Shown here: positions 53,744 to 63,954 of the stretch, piece by piece | Layout: every line of letters begins with the position of its first letter | How positions within the stretch are numbered: position 1 is the first letter of the stretch | NCBI GenBank assembly: GCA_963422205.2 | Contig: CAXMWX010000007.1 | Coordinates: forward strand, 96,001-160,000 | Origin: Gammaproteobacteria bacterium | GTDB taxonomy: Bacteria; Pseudomonadota; Gammaproteobacteria; Eutrophobiales; Eutrophobiaceae | Length of the DNA: 64,000 bases | Direction: 5' to 3' | Notes under the pieces: generated by a model | What the model saw: only the letters and a program-made list of their open reading frames with translations | Told to the model about the DNA's origin: nothing | Database searches by the model: none | Made by a program: the position numbers and the translations under genes

Positions 53744-54728
53744 AAACCCTCTCCTCAAGCAAAAGTGTCAAGCGGCTGGCAAATGAAGCGGGCAGTTGTG
53801 CCTCGATTGGCACATACCAGGCATCATCCAGCACCAGCCGACGGCATTTTACGGCATCTTTTTCGGTCATGACCACCGCCTCACCCGGCTTCACAAAATC
53901 AAAATCCGCTTGTTGATAGGCGTGATGATCAGGAAACAGATGTTTTTTGACGGTCAGGCCAGCCTGCTGCAAGCTGTCGATGAACCGGTGCGGGTTGGCA
54001 ATGCCGGCAACCGCATGCACCGTCCGGCCCTGCAGGGCGGCCGGGCTGTGCGCCCGATCATCGGCCAATGACACCAGTGCCAGCGCCTTGTAACACATGC
54101 GCTTCTCATGCGCCAGCGCCCGCTCTTTGGCAACAATCATATCGCAGGTCGACAGGCGCTTGACAGATTCGCGCAGCGGCCCGGCCGGCAGGGGAAAGCC
54201 ATTGCCAAACCGTCGATCCCCATCAATCACCACAATTTCAATATCGCGGTGCAAGGCATGATGTTGCAGCCCATCATCACACAGGATGATATCGCATTGC
54301 TGATGTGTGATTAACTCCCTGGCCGCGGCGGCTCTTGCCGATGCCACCGCCACCGGGCAGGCCGTCCGCAGCACCAGCAGAACCGCCTCATCACCGACCA
54401 TGGCGGGATCACTGTCCGCTGTCACCTGCACAGGCCGGGCGGGCAGCCGCCCGCCATAGCCCCGGCAGACGATGCCCGGATGATAGCCCTGCTCACGCAG
54501 ATAACGGCTTAACCAGATAACCAGCGGGGTCTTCCCCGCCCCCCCGACGGTCAGGTTGCCAACGATGATAACCGGCACCGGCAGCCGGCTGACAGCGAGG
54601 ATACCGGTCATATACAAGGCCCGATGCAATCGTGCGATGATCTGAAAAAGCCAGCTTAACGGCAGCAACAGGCAGGCAGGCCAACGCCCCTTATACCAGA
54701 GTGAGACGAAAGCATGGTGAGTCCACAT
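53736..54728 (-). CDS. lpxK: Tetraacyldisaccharide 4'-kinase
   Basis: [37 protein letters not shown]. Confidence 0.95.
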
Positions 54729-54758
54729 GCGCCTGCTCAGATCATAAATGGACAGCGA

Positions 54759-55184
54759 TCAGGACTCATCCTCATCCAAAATCCGGGTGGCAAAGGTGAT
54801 CTTCACCAGGTCCAGCTGCCGGGCGGCATCCATGACCCGGATGACGGCCTGATGGGTTGCCCCGGCATCGGCATTGATGATTACCGGGATATCCTCTCTA
54901 TCGTGCAGAGAATCCCGCAGGGCTTCCTTGATCGTCTGTAGCTGGGCATTGAGCAGGGGACGATCATTGATAAAGATGCGCTCATCGGCATCAATGGCGA
55001 TTCTGATCACGTCCGGCTTGCTGTCAACATACTCCCTGGAGGCCTCCGGCAGGGTAATATTGATCTCCGATTCATGCTCAAATGTGGTCGAGACCATGAA
55101 AAAAATCAGCAGCAGAAACACCACATCAATCAGCGGAGTGATATTCACATCCACCTCTTCTTTTTTCCCGATCTTGAAATTCAC
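54759..55184 (-). CDS. exbD: ExbD/TolR family protein
   Basis: NITPLIDVVFLLLIFFMV. Confidence 0.92.
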   Translation of the reverse strand: MNFKIGKKEEVDVNITPLIDVVFLLLIFFMVSTTFEHESEINITLPEASREYVDSKPDVIRIAIDADERIFINDRPLLNAQLQTIKEALRDSLHDREDIPVIINADAGATHQAVIRVMDAARQLDLVKITFATRILDEDES

Positions 55185-55825
55185 CGTGCCGCCGCCCTGC
55201 CCTTCGTGCTGCTGGCCTGCTGTTTGTCACCGTGCATGACCTCCACCATCTTCAGCGCCTCCTGTTCCATCGCCACGACCAGCTCATCCACCCGACCACG
55301 GAAAAAACGATAAAACATCAATGAGGGAATGGCGATCGTCAGCCCGGCGGCGGTGGTGATCAGTGCCTCGGAAATCCCCTCGGCCAGAATCCCCGGATCG
55401 CCCACCCCTTCGGTGGTGATCACCGCAAACACCTTGATCATGCCGATCACCGTGCCGAGCAGACCAAGCAGCGGTGTGATAGAGGCTATCGTGCCCAAGG
55501 TGTTTAAAAATCGCTCAAGCTCATGTGCCACATGCCGACCGGCCTCCTCAATGCTTTCTTTCATGAACTCACGGGGGTGATTACGGTTCACCAGGCCAAC
55601 CGCAAGCACCCGGCCGAGAGCCGAAGTCCTTCTCAGCATCTGCATATTCTCAGCATCCAGGCCCCCGCTGTTATTCCATTTCCACACCGTGGCCACCAGA
55701 TCTTTGGGCGCAATCCGGCTGGTTCGCAATGACCAGAACCGCTCGGCAATAATTGCCAGAGAAATGACTGAACACAGTAACAAGGGCCACATCAAAAAAC
55801 CGCCCGCCTTCATTAATTCAAGCAC
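55181..55825 (-). CDS. exbB: MotA/TolQ/ExbB family protein
   Basis: PLLGLLGTVIGMI, GISEALITTAAGL. Confidence 0.9.
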   Translation of the reverse strand: MLELMKAGGFLMWPLLLCSVISLAIIAERFWSLRTSRIAPKDLVATVWKWNNSGGLDAENMQMLRRTSALGRVLAVGLVNRNHPREFMKESIEEAGRHVAHELERFLNTLGTIASITPLLGLLGTVIGMIKVFAVITTEGVGDPGILAEGISEALITTAAGLTIAIPSLMFYRFFRGRVDELVVAMEQEALKMVEVMHGDKQQASSTKGRAAAR

Positions 55826-55869
55826 ATCGACCTCCGGTAATGATGATTGGGTTGTATCGCCGTATAAAT

Positions 55870-58170
55870 TCAAGGCTCTCTGCCCTCGGCCAGGGCGTCA
55901 GTATGCCAGAATCGACGGTGAATTTGCCGATGTTCCGACCATACAATCGTCGGGCCGGCGATGGTGAACGTCAACGCACCACTGACATAGCTATACAGCA
56001 ATGTCGCCCCGGCCTCCCGATAGCGCTGGATTATAGCCTGTTTTGGCAAATGAAAGCGGTTCCTGTAGCCCACGGGAAACACCGCAAACACAGGGCGGGT
56101 GGCACGAATGAAGGCCGGGCTGGATGAGGTCGCACTGCCGTGGTGCGGCACCAGCAAAATATCCGCATCCAGCTGATCGTCGCCTGCTGCCAGCAGCGCC
56201 CGTTCAGCCGCTTTTTCTATATCGCCCGGCAGCAGAATGCGAATCTCGGAATTCGATATCGCCAGCACACACGAGGCATTATTGCCGGTGAATCTGTCAG
56301 CCTGCCCGGGGTGCAGCAGCGACAGGGTTATCCCGTGCCATTGCCACTGCTGCCCGGCCTGACAATAAGCGGCATCAGCAGCCGGTATCGCCGCCGGTAC
56401 GCTGGCATAAATCCTGCCCACCGAGACAGCAGCCAGGATATCCTGCAAGCCACCGCTGTGATCCAGATCAGCATGGCTTTGAATGATGACATCCAGATGC
56501 CTGATCCCATGGTGGTGCAGATAAGGCAACACCACCGCCTGGCCGGTATTAAAACCGCTGGAAAACGCCGGGCCGGTATCATAGAGCAAGGTATGTGATC
56601 GGGTCTGAAGCAACACCGACAAGCCCTGCCCGACATCGAACACCGTCAACACCATGGCATCACTGGCAAGTCTTACTGGCCGGTATAAGGCCAGCGGCAG
56701 CAGGAGAAACACACACAAAAAGCCAGGAAACAGCCCCCTGGGAGCCAGCAGCACGACCACCGCCATGAGCGTGCAGAGTTTTATGTATAGTGGCAGATAA
56801 GGGAGTTGCAACTGGGCAAACGGCAACCCGCCGAGCCAGCGCATCACCAGCCAGAACGCCGTGATGCTGGCCTCACACAGGGTAAAAAAATATTCGGCTA
56901 TGGGTAAGTCCAGCAGGCTGAACACAGTCGCCAGGAAAGCCGAGGGTACGGTGATAAAACTCACCCAGGGAATCGCCAGCAGATTGGCCGGTATGCTTAA
57001 AGTCGGGACCTGCCCGAACAACACCAGCAACACCGGCAACAAGCCCAGGCCAATACAATATTGCAGCTTGAGCCAGGTCTGCATATAGCCGGGACGGTTG
57101 GCCCGCTGCACGGTGATCAGCAAGATGATCAACACAGCAGCGAACGATAACCAGAAGCTGTAAGACAAGGGCGCAAACGGATCATGCAGCAATACAGCCA
57201 GCAGGGCGAGGCCATAGACCGCCATGCTGCTGATACGCCGCCGGCCTAACAAAGCCAGCAAAACCGCCGCTATCATCAGCAAGGCACGCTGTGTCGGCAG
57301 GCTGAAGCCGGCCAGGGCGGCATAGACAGTTGCCATCAGCAAGGCAGACAGCGCACCGACATACTGCGCCGGCAGCCCGACCACAGGCAACAGGGTCACC
57401 GACCAGAGCCAGCGCCCCAGAAAAAACCCAAAGGCTGCCATCAAGCCGATGTGCAAACCGGAGATGGCCAGCAAATGCCCGGTGCCGGTCTTTTGCACGA
57501 TCTGCCAGTCCGCCGCCTGCATCTGGCTTCTGTCGCCCAGCACCAGCGCCAGAATGAGGGGTGAGGCCGCCTGCCCTAGCAGGTGCTGGCGGATGTATTC
57601 CCGAAGCCCATGGTAATTGTAAACCGACGTATCCGACTGCACGGTGACCGGCTGCCTGGCCACCACATAACCCAGCGCCCGGATATCACGCTGATACAAC
57701 CAGCGTTCATAATCAAAGCCACCCGGATTCATAAAGCCGTAAGGCCGCTTGAGCCGGGCCGACAGGCAGAGGTGCTGGCCGGCCAGTAGCTGGCGGGTCG
57801 GGTTATACCAGTTTAACCTGACCGTTTGCGGAAATGCCGTGAGATGGCGATCATGCAGGCGGGCTGATTTGACAGTAAAATCAAACCGGCTGCGGTGTGC
57901 CTGTCGTGCCGGCAGGCTGCTGACTGTGCCACACAGCGACAGGGTCTTCCCCTCAAGTGCCGGGTCAAGCCGGTCCCTCTCGGCCTGGTGGGCTGAGAAA
58001 ACCGTCCACAGAAAGCCCGACAACACCATGGCGAATAACCGTAAATAACAGCCACGTGTGAGCAGCCAGAGAACGGCAGGCAGCAGGACAAAAATCAGCG
58101 GCGGGGGCAGGTCGGGAAGTTGCAGGCACAGCAAAATGCCAAGCAAAAAACTAACCGAGATGGCGAACAT
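55870..58170 (-). CDS. comEC: Competence protein ComEC/Rec2
   Basis: NPGGFDYE, HLLAISGLH, DVGQG, SHADLDH, PHHGS. Confidence 0.95.
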   Translation of the reverse strand: MFAISVSFLLGILLCLQLPDLPPPLIFVLLPAVLWLLTRGCYLRLFAMVLSGFLWTVFSAHQAERDRLDPALEGKTLSLCGTVSSLPARQAHRSRFDFTVKSARLHDRHLTAFPQTVRLNWYNPTRQLLAGQHLCLSARLKRPYGFMNPGGFDYERWLYQRDIRALGYVVARQPVTVQSDTSVYNYHGLREYIRQHLLGQAASPLILALVLGDRSQMQAADWQIVQKTGTGHLLAISGLHIGLMAAFGFFLGRWLWSVTLLPVVGLPAQYVGALSALLMATVYAALAGFSLPTQRALLMIAAVLLALLGRRRISSMAVYGLALLAVLLHDPFAPLSYSFWLSFAAVLIILLITVQRANRPGYMQTWLKLQYCIGLGLLPVLLVLFGQVPTLSIPANLLAIPWVSFITVPSAFLATVFSLLDLPIAEYFFTLCEASITAFWLVMRWLGGLPFAQLQLPYLPLYIKLCTLMAVVVLLAPRGLFPGFLCVFLLLPLALYRPVRLASDAMVLTVFDVGQGLSVLLQTRSHTLLYDTGPAFSSGFNTGQAVVLPYLHHHGIRHLDVIIQSHADLDHSGGLQDILAAVSVGRIYASVPAAIPAADAAYCQAGQQWQWHGITLSLLHPGQADRFTGNNASCVLAISNSEIRILLPGDIEKAAERALLAAGDDQLDADILLVPHHGSATSSSPAFIRATRPVFAVFPVGYRNRFHLPKQAIIQRYREAGATLLYSYVSGALTFTIAGPTIVWSEHRQIHRRFWHTDALAEGREP

Positions 58171-58344
58171 GCAGCACTCCCTAGCCTGATACGAGGTCAT
58201 TTCCTAACCCTCATATCCTAGCCTGATAGCGGTTTGGCGTCCAGCATCTGGCATGGTCAAGCCGAAGACATGTTGGCTATAATGCTGTGTTTTTTCAGAC
58301 AACTTGATATCCATCATGGGGATATCCATCATGGGGCATCTATC

Positions 58345-58878
58345 ATGGGATTAAAGCGATTTTTCCAACGCATCCTGCCGCACAAGGAGCATTTTACCCA
58401 ACACAAACACCTCGCCTGGTTAGGCAACATTCTGCATGATCCGGATATTTTTCATATCACCCGGCGCTCCATGTCGGGCGGTGTGGCCGTGGGTTTGTCT
58501 CTGGCCTTTATCCCCATCCCCGGGCAAACGATCCTCGCCGCCCTGGCAGCGATCTATTTTCGTGTCAACCTGGCCCTGGCCATCACGCTGGTCTGGATCA
58601 CCAATCCATTGACACTGCCGGCCATCTTTTATCTTGCCTATAAAACCGGGGCGCTGTTATTGAATGAGCCGCTGATGCCGGTCAGCTTTGAATTTTCCTA
58701 CAGCTGGCTGAACGATAAGATAAGTACACTGTGGGATGTGGTGCTGGTCGGCTGCCTTGCCCTGTCCACAACGGCAGGTGTGCTGGGTTATCTCATCACC
58801 GATTATGCCTGGCGGCTGGCCGTTGTGCGAAAAATGCAGGCGAGAAAACAGCGGAAATCGTCAGATCGGATCACCTGA
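58345..58878 (+). CDS. DUF2062 membrane protein
   Basis: RRSMSGGVAVG..AFIP, WITNPLT. Confidence 0.85.
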   Translation: MGLKRFFQRILPHKEHFTQHKHLAWLGNILHDPDIFHITRRSMSGGVAVGLSLAFIPIPGQTILAALAAIYFRVNLALAITLVWITNPLTLPAIFYLAYKTGALLLNEPLMPVSFEFSYSWLNDKISTLWDVVLVGCLALSTTAGVLGYLITDYAWRLAVVRKMQARKQRKSSDRIT

Positions 58879-58895
58879 AAAACCCCGAACACACC

Positions 58896-59585
58896 TCAGC
58901 CGGCATAGCTGCAAAGCTGCCCGTTGGTCAGCTCATACACCGCATCAAAATTATTCAGCAAGGAAAGATTATGCGTCACCATCACCATGCTGACAGCGTG
59001 GGTTTTATTTAACGCCAGCAGCAATTCAAAGACATGCTGTGCTGTCTTCTCATCCAGATTACCGGTCGGCTCATCGGCCAACAGACAGGCCGGCCGGCTG
59101 ATCAAGGCCCGGGCGATCGCCACCCGCTGCCGTTCCCCGCCGGACATCTCTGCCGGTTTATGCCGCCGCCGGTCTGCCAGCCCCACATCCGCCAGCATCT
59201 GGCCGGCCTGCTGCTTCACCGTTGCTGTATCCTCACCACGCACCAGCAGCGGCATGGCCACGTTCTCCAGTGCTGTGAACTCCGGCAGCAGATGATGGAA
59301 CTGATACACAAACGCCAGCGTCCGATTCCTTACCTGGCTAAGTGCCGGCTCCCCCAGGTGCTGCAATGTCCTGCCCTTGACAGTGACCGTGCCGGCAGAG
59401 GGCGTATCAAGGCCGCCCAAAAGGTGCAGCAAGGTACTTTTGCCAGAGCCTGATGCGCCGACAATGCCGATACACTGGCCTTGCAAGACCGCCAGATCAA
59501 CCCCCCGCAATACCTCCACGGACAGCACCCCCTCATGGAATGATTTTTTCAGCCCCTGACAGCCAAGCACCAGTGCCTCATTCAT
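58896..59585 (-). CDS. lolD: Lipoprotein-releasing ABC ATPase
   Basis: GASGSGKS, QFHHLLPEF, SGGERQR, ADEPTGNLD. Confidence 0.95.
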   Translation of the reverse strand: MNEALVLGCQGLKKSFHEGVLSVEVLRGVDLAVLQGQCIGIVGASGSGKSTLLHLLGGLDTPSAGTVTVKGRTLQHLGEPALSQVRNRTLAFVYQFHHLLPEFTALENVAMPLLVRGEDTATVKQQAGQMLADVGLADRRRHKPAEMSGGERQRVAIARALISRPACLLADEPTGNLDEKTAQHVFELLLALNKTHAVSMVMVTHNLSLLNNFDAVYELTNGQLCSYAG

Positions 59586-60822
59586 AGCGCAGGGCCTCGG
59601 CCGGGTTGATACGTGATGCCCGAAAGGCCGGGTAGAGCGTGGCGGTTAAGCTGAAGATAAAGGCAACGCTGTTGATAATGATGACATCACGCCAGCGCAG
59701 GTCCGAAGGCAACTCGCTGATGTAATAAATACTGGCATCGAGAAAATCGGTATTCAACCAGCGCTCGATGGCCGGCACGATGGTCTCGACATGGCTCGCC
59801 AGGGCGATCCCCGCCACATTGCCCAGCAGAATCCCCACCACGCCAATCACCATGCCCTGGATCATAAAAATACCCATGATGCGCCCGGGCGTGACACCCA
59901 GCGTCCTCAAGACGGCAATATCGGCTTGCTTGTCCGAGACCACCATCACCAGCGTGGAAATGATGTTGAAGGCAGCCACGGCAACAATCAGCGCCAGGAT
60001 AAAGGCCATCACTGTCTTCTCCGTCTTCAGTGCCTTGAAGAAATTGCGGTGCCGCTGTGTCCAGTCAATCACACCATAGCGTCCTGGTATGGCCTGCATG
60101 ATGTCCCGGCTCACAGCAGGCGCCCGCAGCATATCGGCCGTCTTCAGCCGCAAACCGGCCGGTGCGTCCCGGCGAAAAAGTGTCAGCGCATCAGCAAGAT
60201 GAATAAGCGCAAGGCCACTGTCAAATTCCCCCATCCCCACTTCAAACGTGCCTATGACAGTGAAGCGCTTCAGCCTTGGCAACAGACCCGCCGGCGTGAT
60301 GCCGGCCTCTGGTACGATCAGGGTGATCTTGTCGCCTGTCAGCACGCCCAGGGTACGTGCCGCCTCAGCCCCCAGAATAATGCCGAAACCGCCCGCTTGA
60401 AGATCAGCAAAACGCCCGCTCGCCATCCGCCCGGCGATGACAGATACCCGGGCCTCCTCTGCCGGCAGAATGCCGCGAATCACACTGCCCTGCACACGTT
60501 TATCAAACACCAGCATCCCCTCGGCACGAAAATAGGGCGCCACGGCGATGATCTCCGGGTGCCGCTGTATCTGCTGTGCCAGCGTGCGCCAGTCCTGCAA
60601 GTCGCCACTGTAATCTATGATCGTTGCATGTGCCGCCATGCCCAGGATGCGCTCCTTTAATTCTTTTTCAAACCCGTTCATGACAGATAACACCGTGATC
60701 AAGGCCATCACCCCCAGGCCAATGCCCAGCATGGAGATCAGAGAAATGAAAGAGATAAAATGATTGCGGCGCTTTGCCCGTACATACCGCAGGCCGATGA
60801 ATGCCTCGAATGGTTTATACAT
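59578..60822 (-). CDS. lolE: Lipoprotein-releasing ABC permease (single LolC/E type)
   Basis: SVMNGFEKEL, VAAFNI, IAVLRTLG, LYPAFRA. Confidence 0.88.
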   Translation of the reverse strand: MYKPFEAFIGLRYVRAKRRNHFISFISLISMLGIGLGVMALITVLSVMNGFEKELKERILGMAAHATIIDYSGDLQDWRTLAQQIQRHPEIIAVAPYFRAEGMLVFDKRVQGSVIRGILPAEEARVSVIAGRMASGRFADLQAGGFGIILGAEAARTLGVLTGDKITLIVPEAGITPAGLLPRLKRFTVIGTFEVGMGEFDSGLALIHLADALTLFRRDAPAGLRLKTADMLRAPAVSRDIMQAIPGRYGVIDWTQRHRNFFKALKTEKTVMAFILALIVAVAAFNIISTLVMVVSDKQADIAVLRTLGVTPGRIMGIFMIQGMVIGVVGILLGNVAGIALASHVETIVPAIERWLNTDFLDASIYYISELPSDLRWRDVIIINSVAFIFSLTATLYPAFRASRINPAEALRYE

Positions 60823-60898
60823 GCGCTGGATTATAAATGACGCCAGGGTTACTATCACGCAAAACCTGTCCGGTCAGGTAAGTCTGTCATTTGCCGTT

Positions 60899-61576
60899 AT
60901 GAAAATCCTTGCCCTTGATACGTCAACTGAAGCCTGTTCAGCCGCCCTGCTGGTTGAGGATCAGATCAGCACATGCCGCCGCATCGCACCGCGCAAACAT
61001 GCCGCCCTGATCCTGCCGATGATCGATTCCTTATTGCAGGCCGCCACGCTGCCATTAGCCGCACTTGATGCGATTGCATTCGGTCGTGGTCCGGGCGCAT
61101 TCACCGGTGTACGCATAGCGGCGGGGGTGACACAGGGGCTGGCCTATGGCAGCGATCTGCCCGTGATCCCTATCTCCTCATTAGCCGCACTGGCACAGGC
61201 GGCCATCGACAAGGCAGAGACCATCATCGCCGCCATCGATGCCCGCATGGGAGAGATTTATTATGGTCAGTTCAGCACGGTCAGCGGGCGGGCAATACCG
61301 TTATGCGAAGAGCGAATCGGCAAGCCAGATCAAATAAAAACAGCGCAGATGATGCAGCATGCGACTGGAAGCCTCTATGGTATGGGCAGCGGCTGGGGGA
61401 CATACGAAGCCGTGCTGCTGGCACACTGCCAGAACCGGCTGCGGGGATATGATGCCGAGGCCCTGCCGTTGGCCGAGCATATTCTCCCGCTGGCGATTGC
61501 GGCAGTTGAAGATAAGCAGGCACAACCCGCCAGCCAGGCCCTGCCGGTGTATCTGCGTAACCAAATCACAGATTAA
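60899..61576 (+). CDS. tsaB: tRNA t6A biosynthesis protein
   Basis: LALDTSTEACS, GPGAFTGVRI, IDARMGE, PVYLR. Confidence 0.95.
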   Translation: MKILALDTSTEACSAALLVEDQISTCRRIAPRKHAALILPMIDSLLQAATLPLAALDAIAFGRGPGAFTGVRIAAGVTQGLAYGSDLPVIPISSLAALAQAAIDKAETIIAAIDARMGEIYYGQFSTVSGRAIPLCEERIGKPDQIKTAQMMQHATGSLYGMGSGWGTYEAVLLAHCQNRLRGYDAEALPLAEHILPLAIAAVEDKQAQPASQALPVYLRNQITD

Positions 61577-61747
61577 AATACAAAAACAGAGACAGCACTT
61601 ACCATCCATGTGGACGTGTATGCTATAGTATCTGCCATGAATATTGCTGCCTTTGCCCAGGCGCTGGATCATCAGGCGGCTGCGAAAGCGGGTATGCAGC
61701 ATCTTGTCGACATCGACCATCACATTGAGCAATAAGAGACCACAAAC

Positions 61748-62035
61748 ATGAACATGGCAACCCTGATGATGACGACTATTGGCATAGGCATTTCCCTGGC
61801 CGGCCTGATGATTGGCCTGGTGGCCTGGCTGCGAGCCGATACCCGCCGCATGGAAGATCGCTTGCGTGAAGATACGCGCCGCATGGAAGAGCGCTTGCAG
61901 GCGGAGATCACGGCAATCCACAAGGACATCAACGCCCATCGTAAAGAGACTGCCCAGTTGCGTGAGCGCATGGCGCACCTGGAAGGGTTGCTTGATGGGC
62001 TGCGTGAGGCCATTGTTGCACGTGCCGCCGCCTGA
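61748..62035 (+). CDS. N-terminally anchored coiled-coil protein with 11-aa repeats (paralog of 13618-14004)
   Basis: Near-identical TM and C-terminus; only 2 hendecad repeats. Confidence 0.8.
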   Translation: MNMATLMMTTIGIGISLAGLMIGLVAWLRADTRRMEDRLREDTRRMEERLQAEITAIHKDINAHRKETAQLRERMAHLEGLLDGLREAIVARAAA

Positions 62036-62142
62036 GTGATCTGCTTGCTAATCGACCCCCATACATAACCCAGCCAACACCAGAAGGACAACTATGACAA
62101 ATTCCCGCACCAACACCACTGCAACAATGAGACTATGACCCC

Positions 62143-62502
62143 ATGAGCCAGGTCGCCTTTGACACCCTGAAATTTACCCGTCGGCTGAAAGAGGTCGGTG
62201 TCCCTGAACGGCAGGCTGAGGCCGAAGCCGAGGCCATTAACGATGCTTTTAGTGAAGCCCTGAATACCCGGGTAGCGACCAAAGAGGATATTCAGAAGCT
62301 GAAGGATGACATACAGGCATTCAAGGATGAGGTGAAAAAAGATACGCAAGGCTTGAAGGATGAAGTAACCAAGCTGGGCGCCAGGATGGATAACCTGGAT
62401 ACCGAGCTAACGGCCAGGATTAATCTGGTTCACTGGATGATCGGCTTTAACCTCATTATGACAACGGGCATACTTTGGAAGTTGTTCATCCCGGCAGCTT
62501 GA
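62143..62502 (+). CDS. DUF1640/CCDC90-like coiled-coil protein
   Basis: FDTLKFTRRLKEVG head, ATKEDI, one 18-aa repeat, INLVHWMIGFNLIMTTGILWKLF. Confidence 0.85.
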   Translation: MSQVAFDTLKFTRRLKEVGVPERQAEAEAEAINDAFSEALNTRVATKEDIQKLKDDIQAFKDEVKKDTQGLKDEVTKLGARMDNLDTELTARINLVHWMIGFNLIMTTGILWKLFIPAA

Positions 62503-62582
62503 CCACACCCATAACAAAACCATTAACACAACCATGACAAGCCCCCACATCAAAACCATCACAGCACTGAGATAATAAACCC

Positions 62583-63011
62583 ATGAGCCAAGTCGCCTTT
62601 GATACCTTGAAGTTTACCCGTCGGCTGAAAGAGGTCGGCGTCCCTGAACAGCAGGCTGAGGCCGAAGCGGAAGCCATTAACGATGCTTTTAGTGAAGCCC
62701 TGAATACCCGGGTAGCGACCAAAGAGGATATTCAGAAGCTGAAGGACGACATGCAGGCATTCAAGGATGAGGTGAAAAAAGATGCACAAGGTTTGAAGGA
62801 TGACATGCAGGCATTCAAGGATGAGGTGAAAGCAGATACGCAAGGCTTGAAGGATGACATGCAGGCATTCAAGGATGAGGTGAAAGCAGATACGCAAGGC
62901 TTGAAGGATGAGGTGCAGGACATAAAGGCAGAGCAACGTCTGTTTAAGTGGATGATCGGCTTTAACCTCATTATGACAACGGGTATACTCTGGAAGTTGT
63001 TCAGCCAGTGA
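62583..63011 (+). CDS. DUF1640/CCDC90-like coiled-coil protein with three 18-aa repeats
   Basis: Same head; 3 x LKDDMQAFKDEVKxDxQG; QRLFKWMIGF TM. Confidence 0.85.
   Translation: MSQVAFDTLKFTRRLKEVGVPEQQAEAEAEAINDAFSEALNTRVATKEDIQKLKDDMQAFKDEVKKDAQGLKDDMQAFKDEVKADTQGLKDDMQAFKDEVKADTQGLKDEVQDIKAEQRLFKWMIGFNLIMTTGILWKLFSQ
62739..62910 (+). repeat. 54-bp coding tandem repeat x3
   Basis: Units start at 62739, 62793 and 62847, partial at 62901. Confidence 0.9.
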
Positions 63012-63299
63012 CCTGACAGGAAACGCCCGACACGCACCTATGACTATGACAAATACCCCAAATTCAACAAACGACAGAAGCATAGCCATGATAAATCACA
63101 CCAGCAGCGAACACCTTTACACCATCGCCATGCCAGACAATCAACGGTTGAGCAGCCGCTTTTCTACTGCCTGCGGTTTATCAATCTACCCCACACCCAC
63201 AAGAAATCACTAATAAAAACAAGATCTTACCTAACTTATCTAAAAAATATCACAACCGGCGGACGTGCCGCCAGCCACCGCAGCGCCCTGTCACCGGGG

Positions 63300-63800
63300 G
63301 GCGGTGTAGTATGGTCGGGATCAGCGCCGGTTCGGGGGGAGGATTTCCACGGGGCGGCAAGACAACCCTTATCACCAACAACCGCGCCAAATCTGCTCTA
63401 ACCACGCGCCCGAGCGGCCTGCTCACCGGCGCAGGAAGGTCGGTAGTCCGCATGAAAACGGCTGGCAGAGCAGGCCGCACCAAAGTCGACATAAGCAAAG
63501 GCGGGATCATAACCCGCAGGATAACGGGGGTCAGGGCCGACATCAGCCCGCCCGATAATCATGTGCTACGACATAACCCAAAGCCGTTCGCATTGGGCAT
63601 TGGCATGAAAGCCACCGGCACAATCAGGGGCGACAGAGCCGAACTCACCCAATCCACTGCCTTGCCGGCGCTGATGTCGCCGGTTTGGTCACCCGAACCC
63701 ACGCCGTTTGGCATAAACAGATAAAACCGATGGAGATAATCGCCATGAATCACCAACGCCCCCTGACCCGCAGCCTGTTGACGGCGGGTTTTGCCATTCA
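63300..63800. pseudogene. Degenerate autotransporter/adhesin-like fragments
   Basis: + strand 'TKVDISKGGIIT...GVRADIS..DN...IGMKATGTIRGD'; - strand 'GQGALVIHGDY...GDQTGDISAG'; Gly/Thr-rich and broken. Confidence 0.35.
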
Positions 63801-63812
63801 CAAAGCCACAGC

Positions 63813-63954
63813 TTCTTCGTTGCCGCTCAGAATCACAGGTGACTGTCCTCTTCTGAGCCGTCTATGCCTCCTCGTCATCCTGAGCAGTCGCAGACTGCGA
63901 AGAATCTGCCACCATCATCGGGGCGCAGCCTCCTCGCTGCCGTTCAGAATGACA
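63813..63954. repeat. REP-like inverted repeat cluster (GTCATCCTGAGC...GCGAAGAATCT type)
   Basis: TTCTTCGTTGCCGCTCAGAATCACA (63813), GTCATCCTGAGC...GCGAAGAATCT (63874-63907), CCTCGCTGCCGTTCAGAATGACA (63932). Confidence 0.65.

Noticed and set aside
58307-58349. 15-bp duplication GATATCCATCATGGG upstream of the DUF2062 gene
   Set aside because: Looks like a local slippage duplication; no evidence of function.
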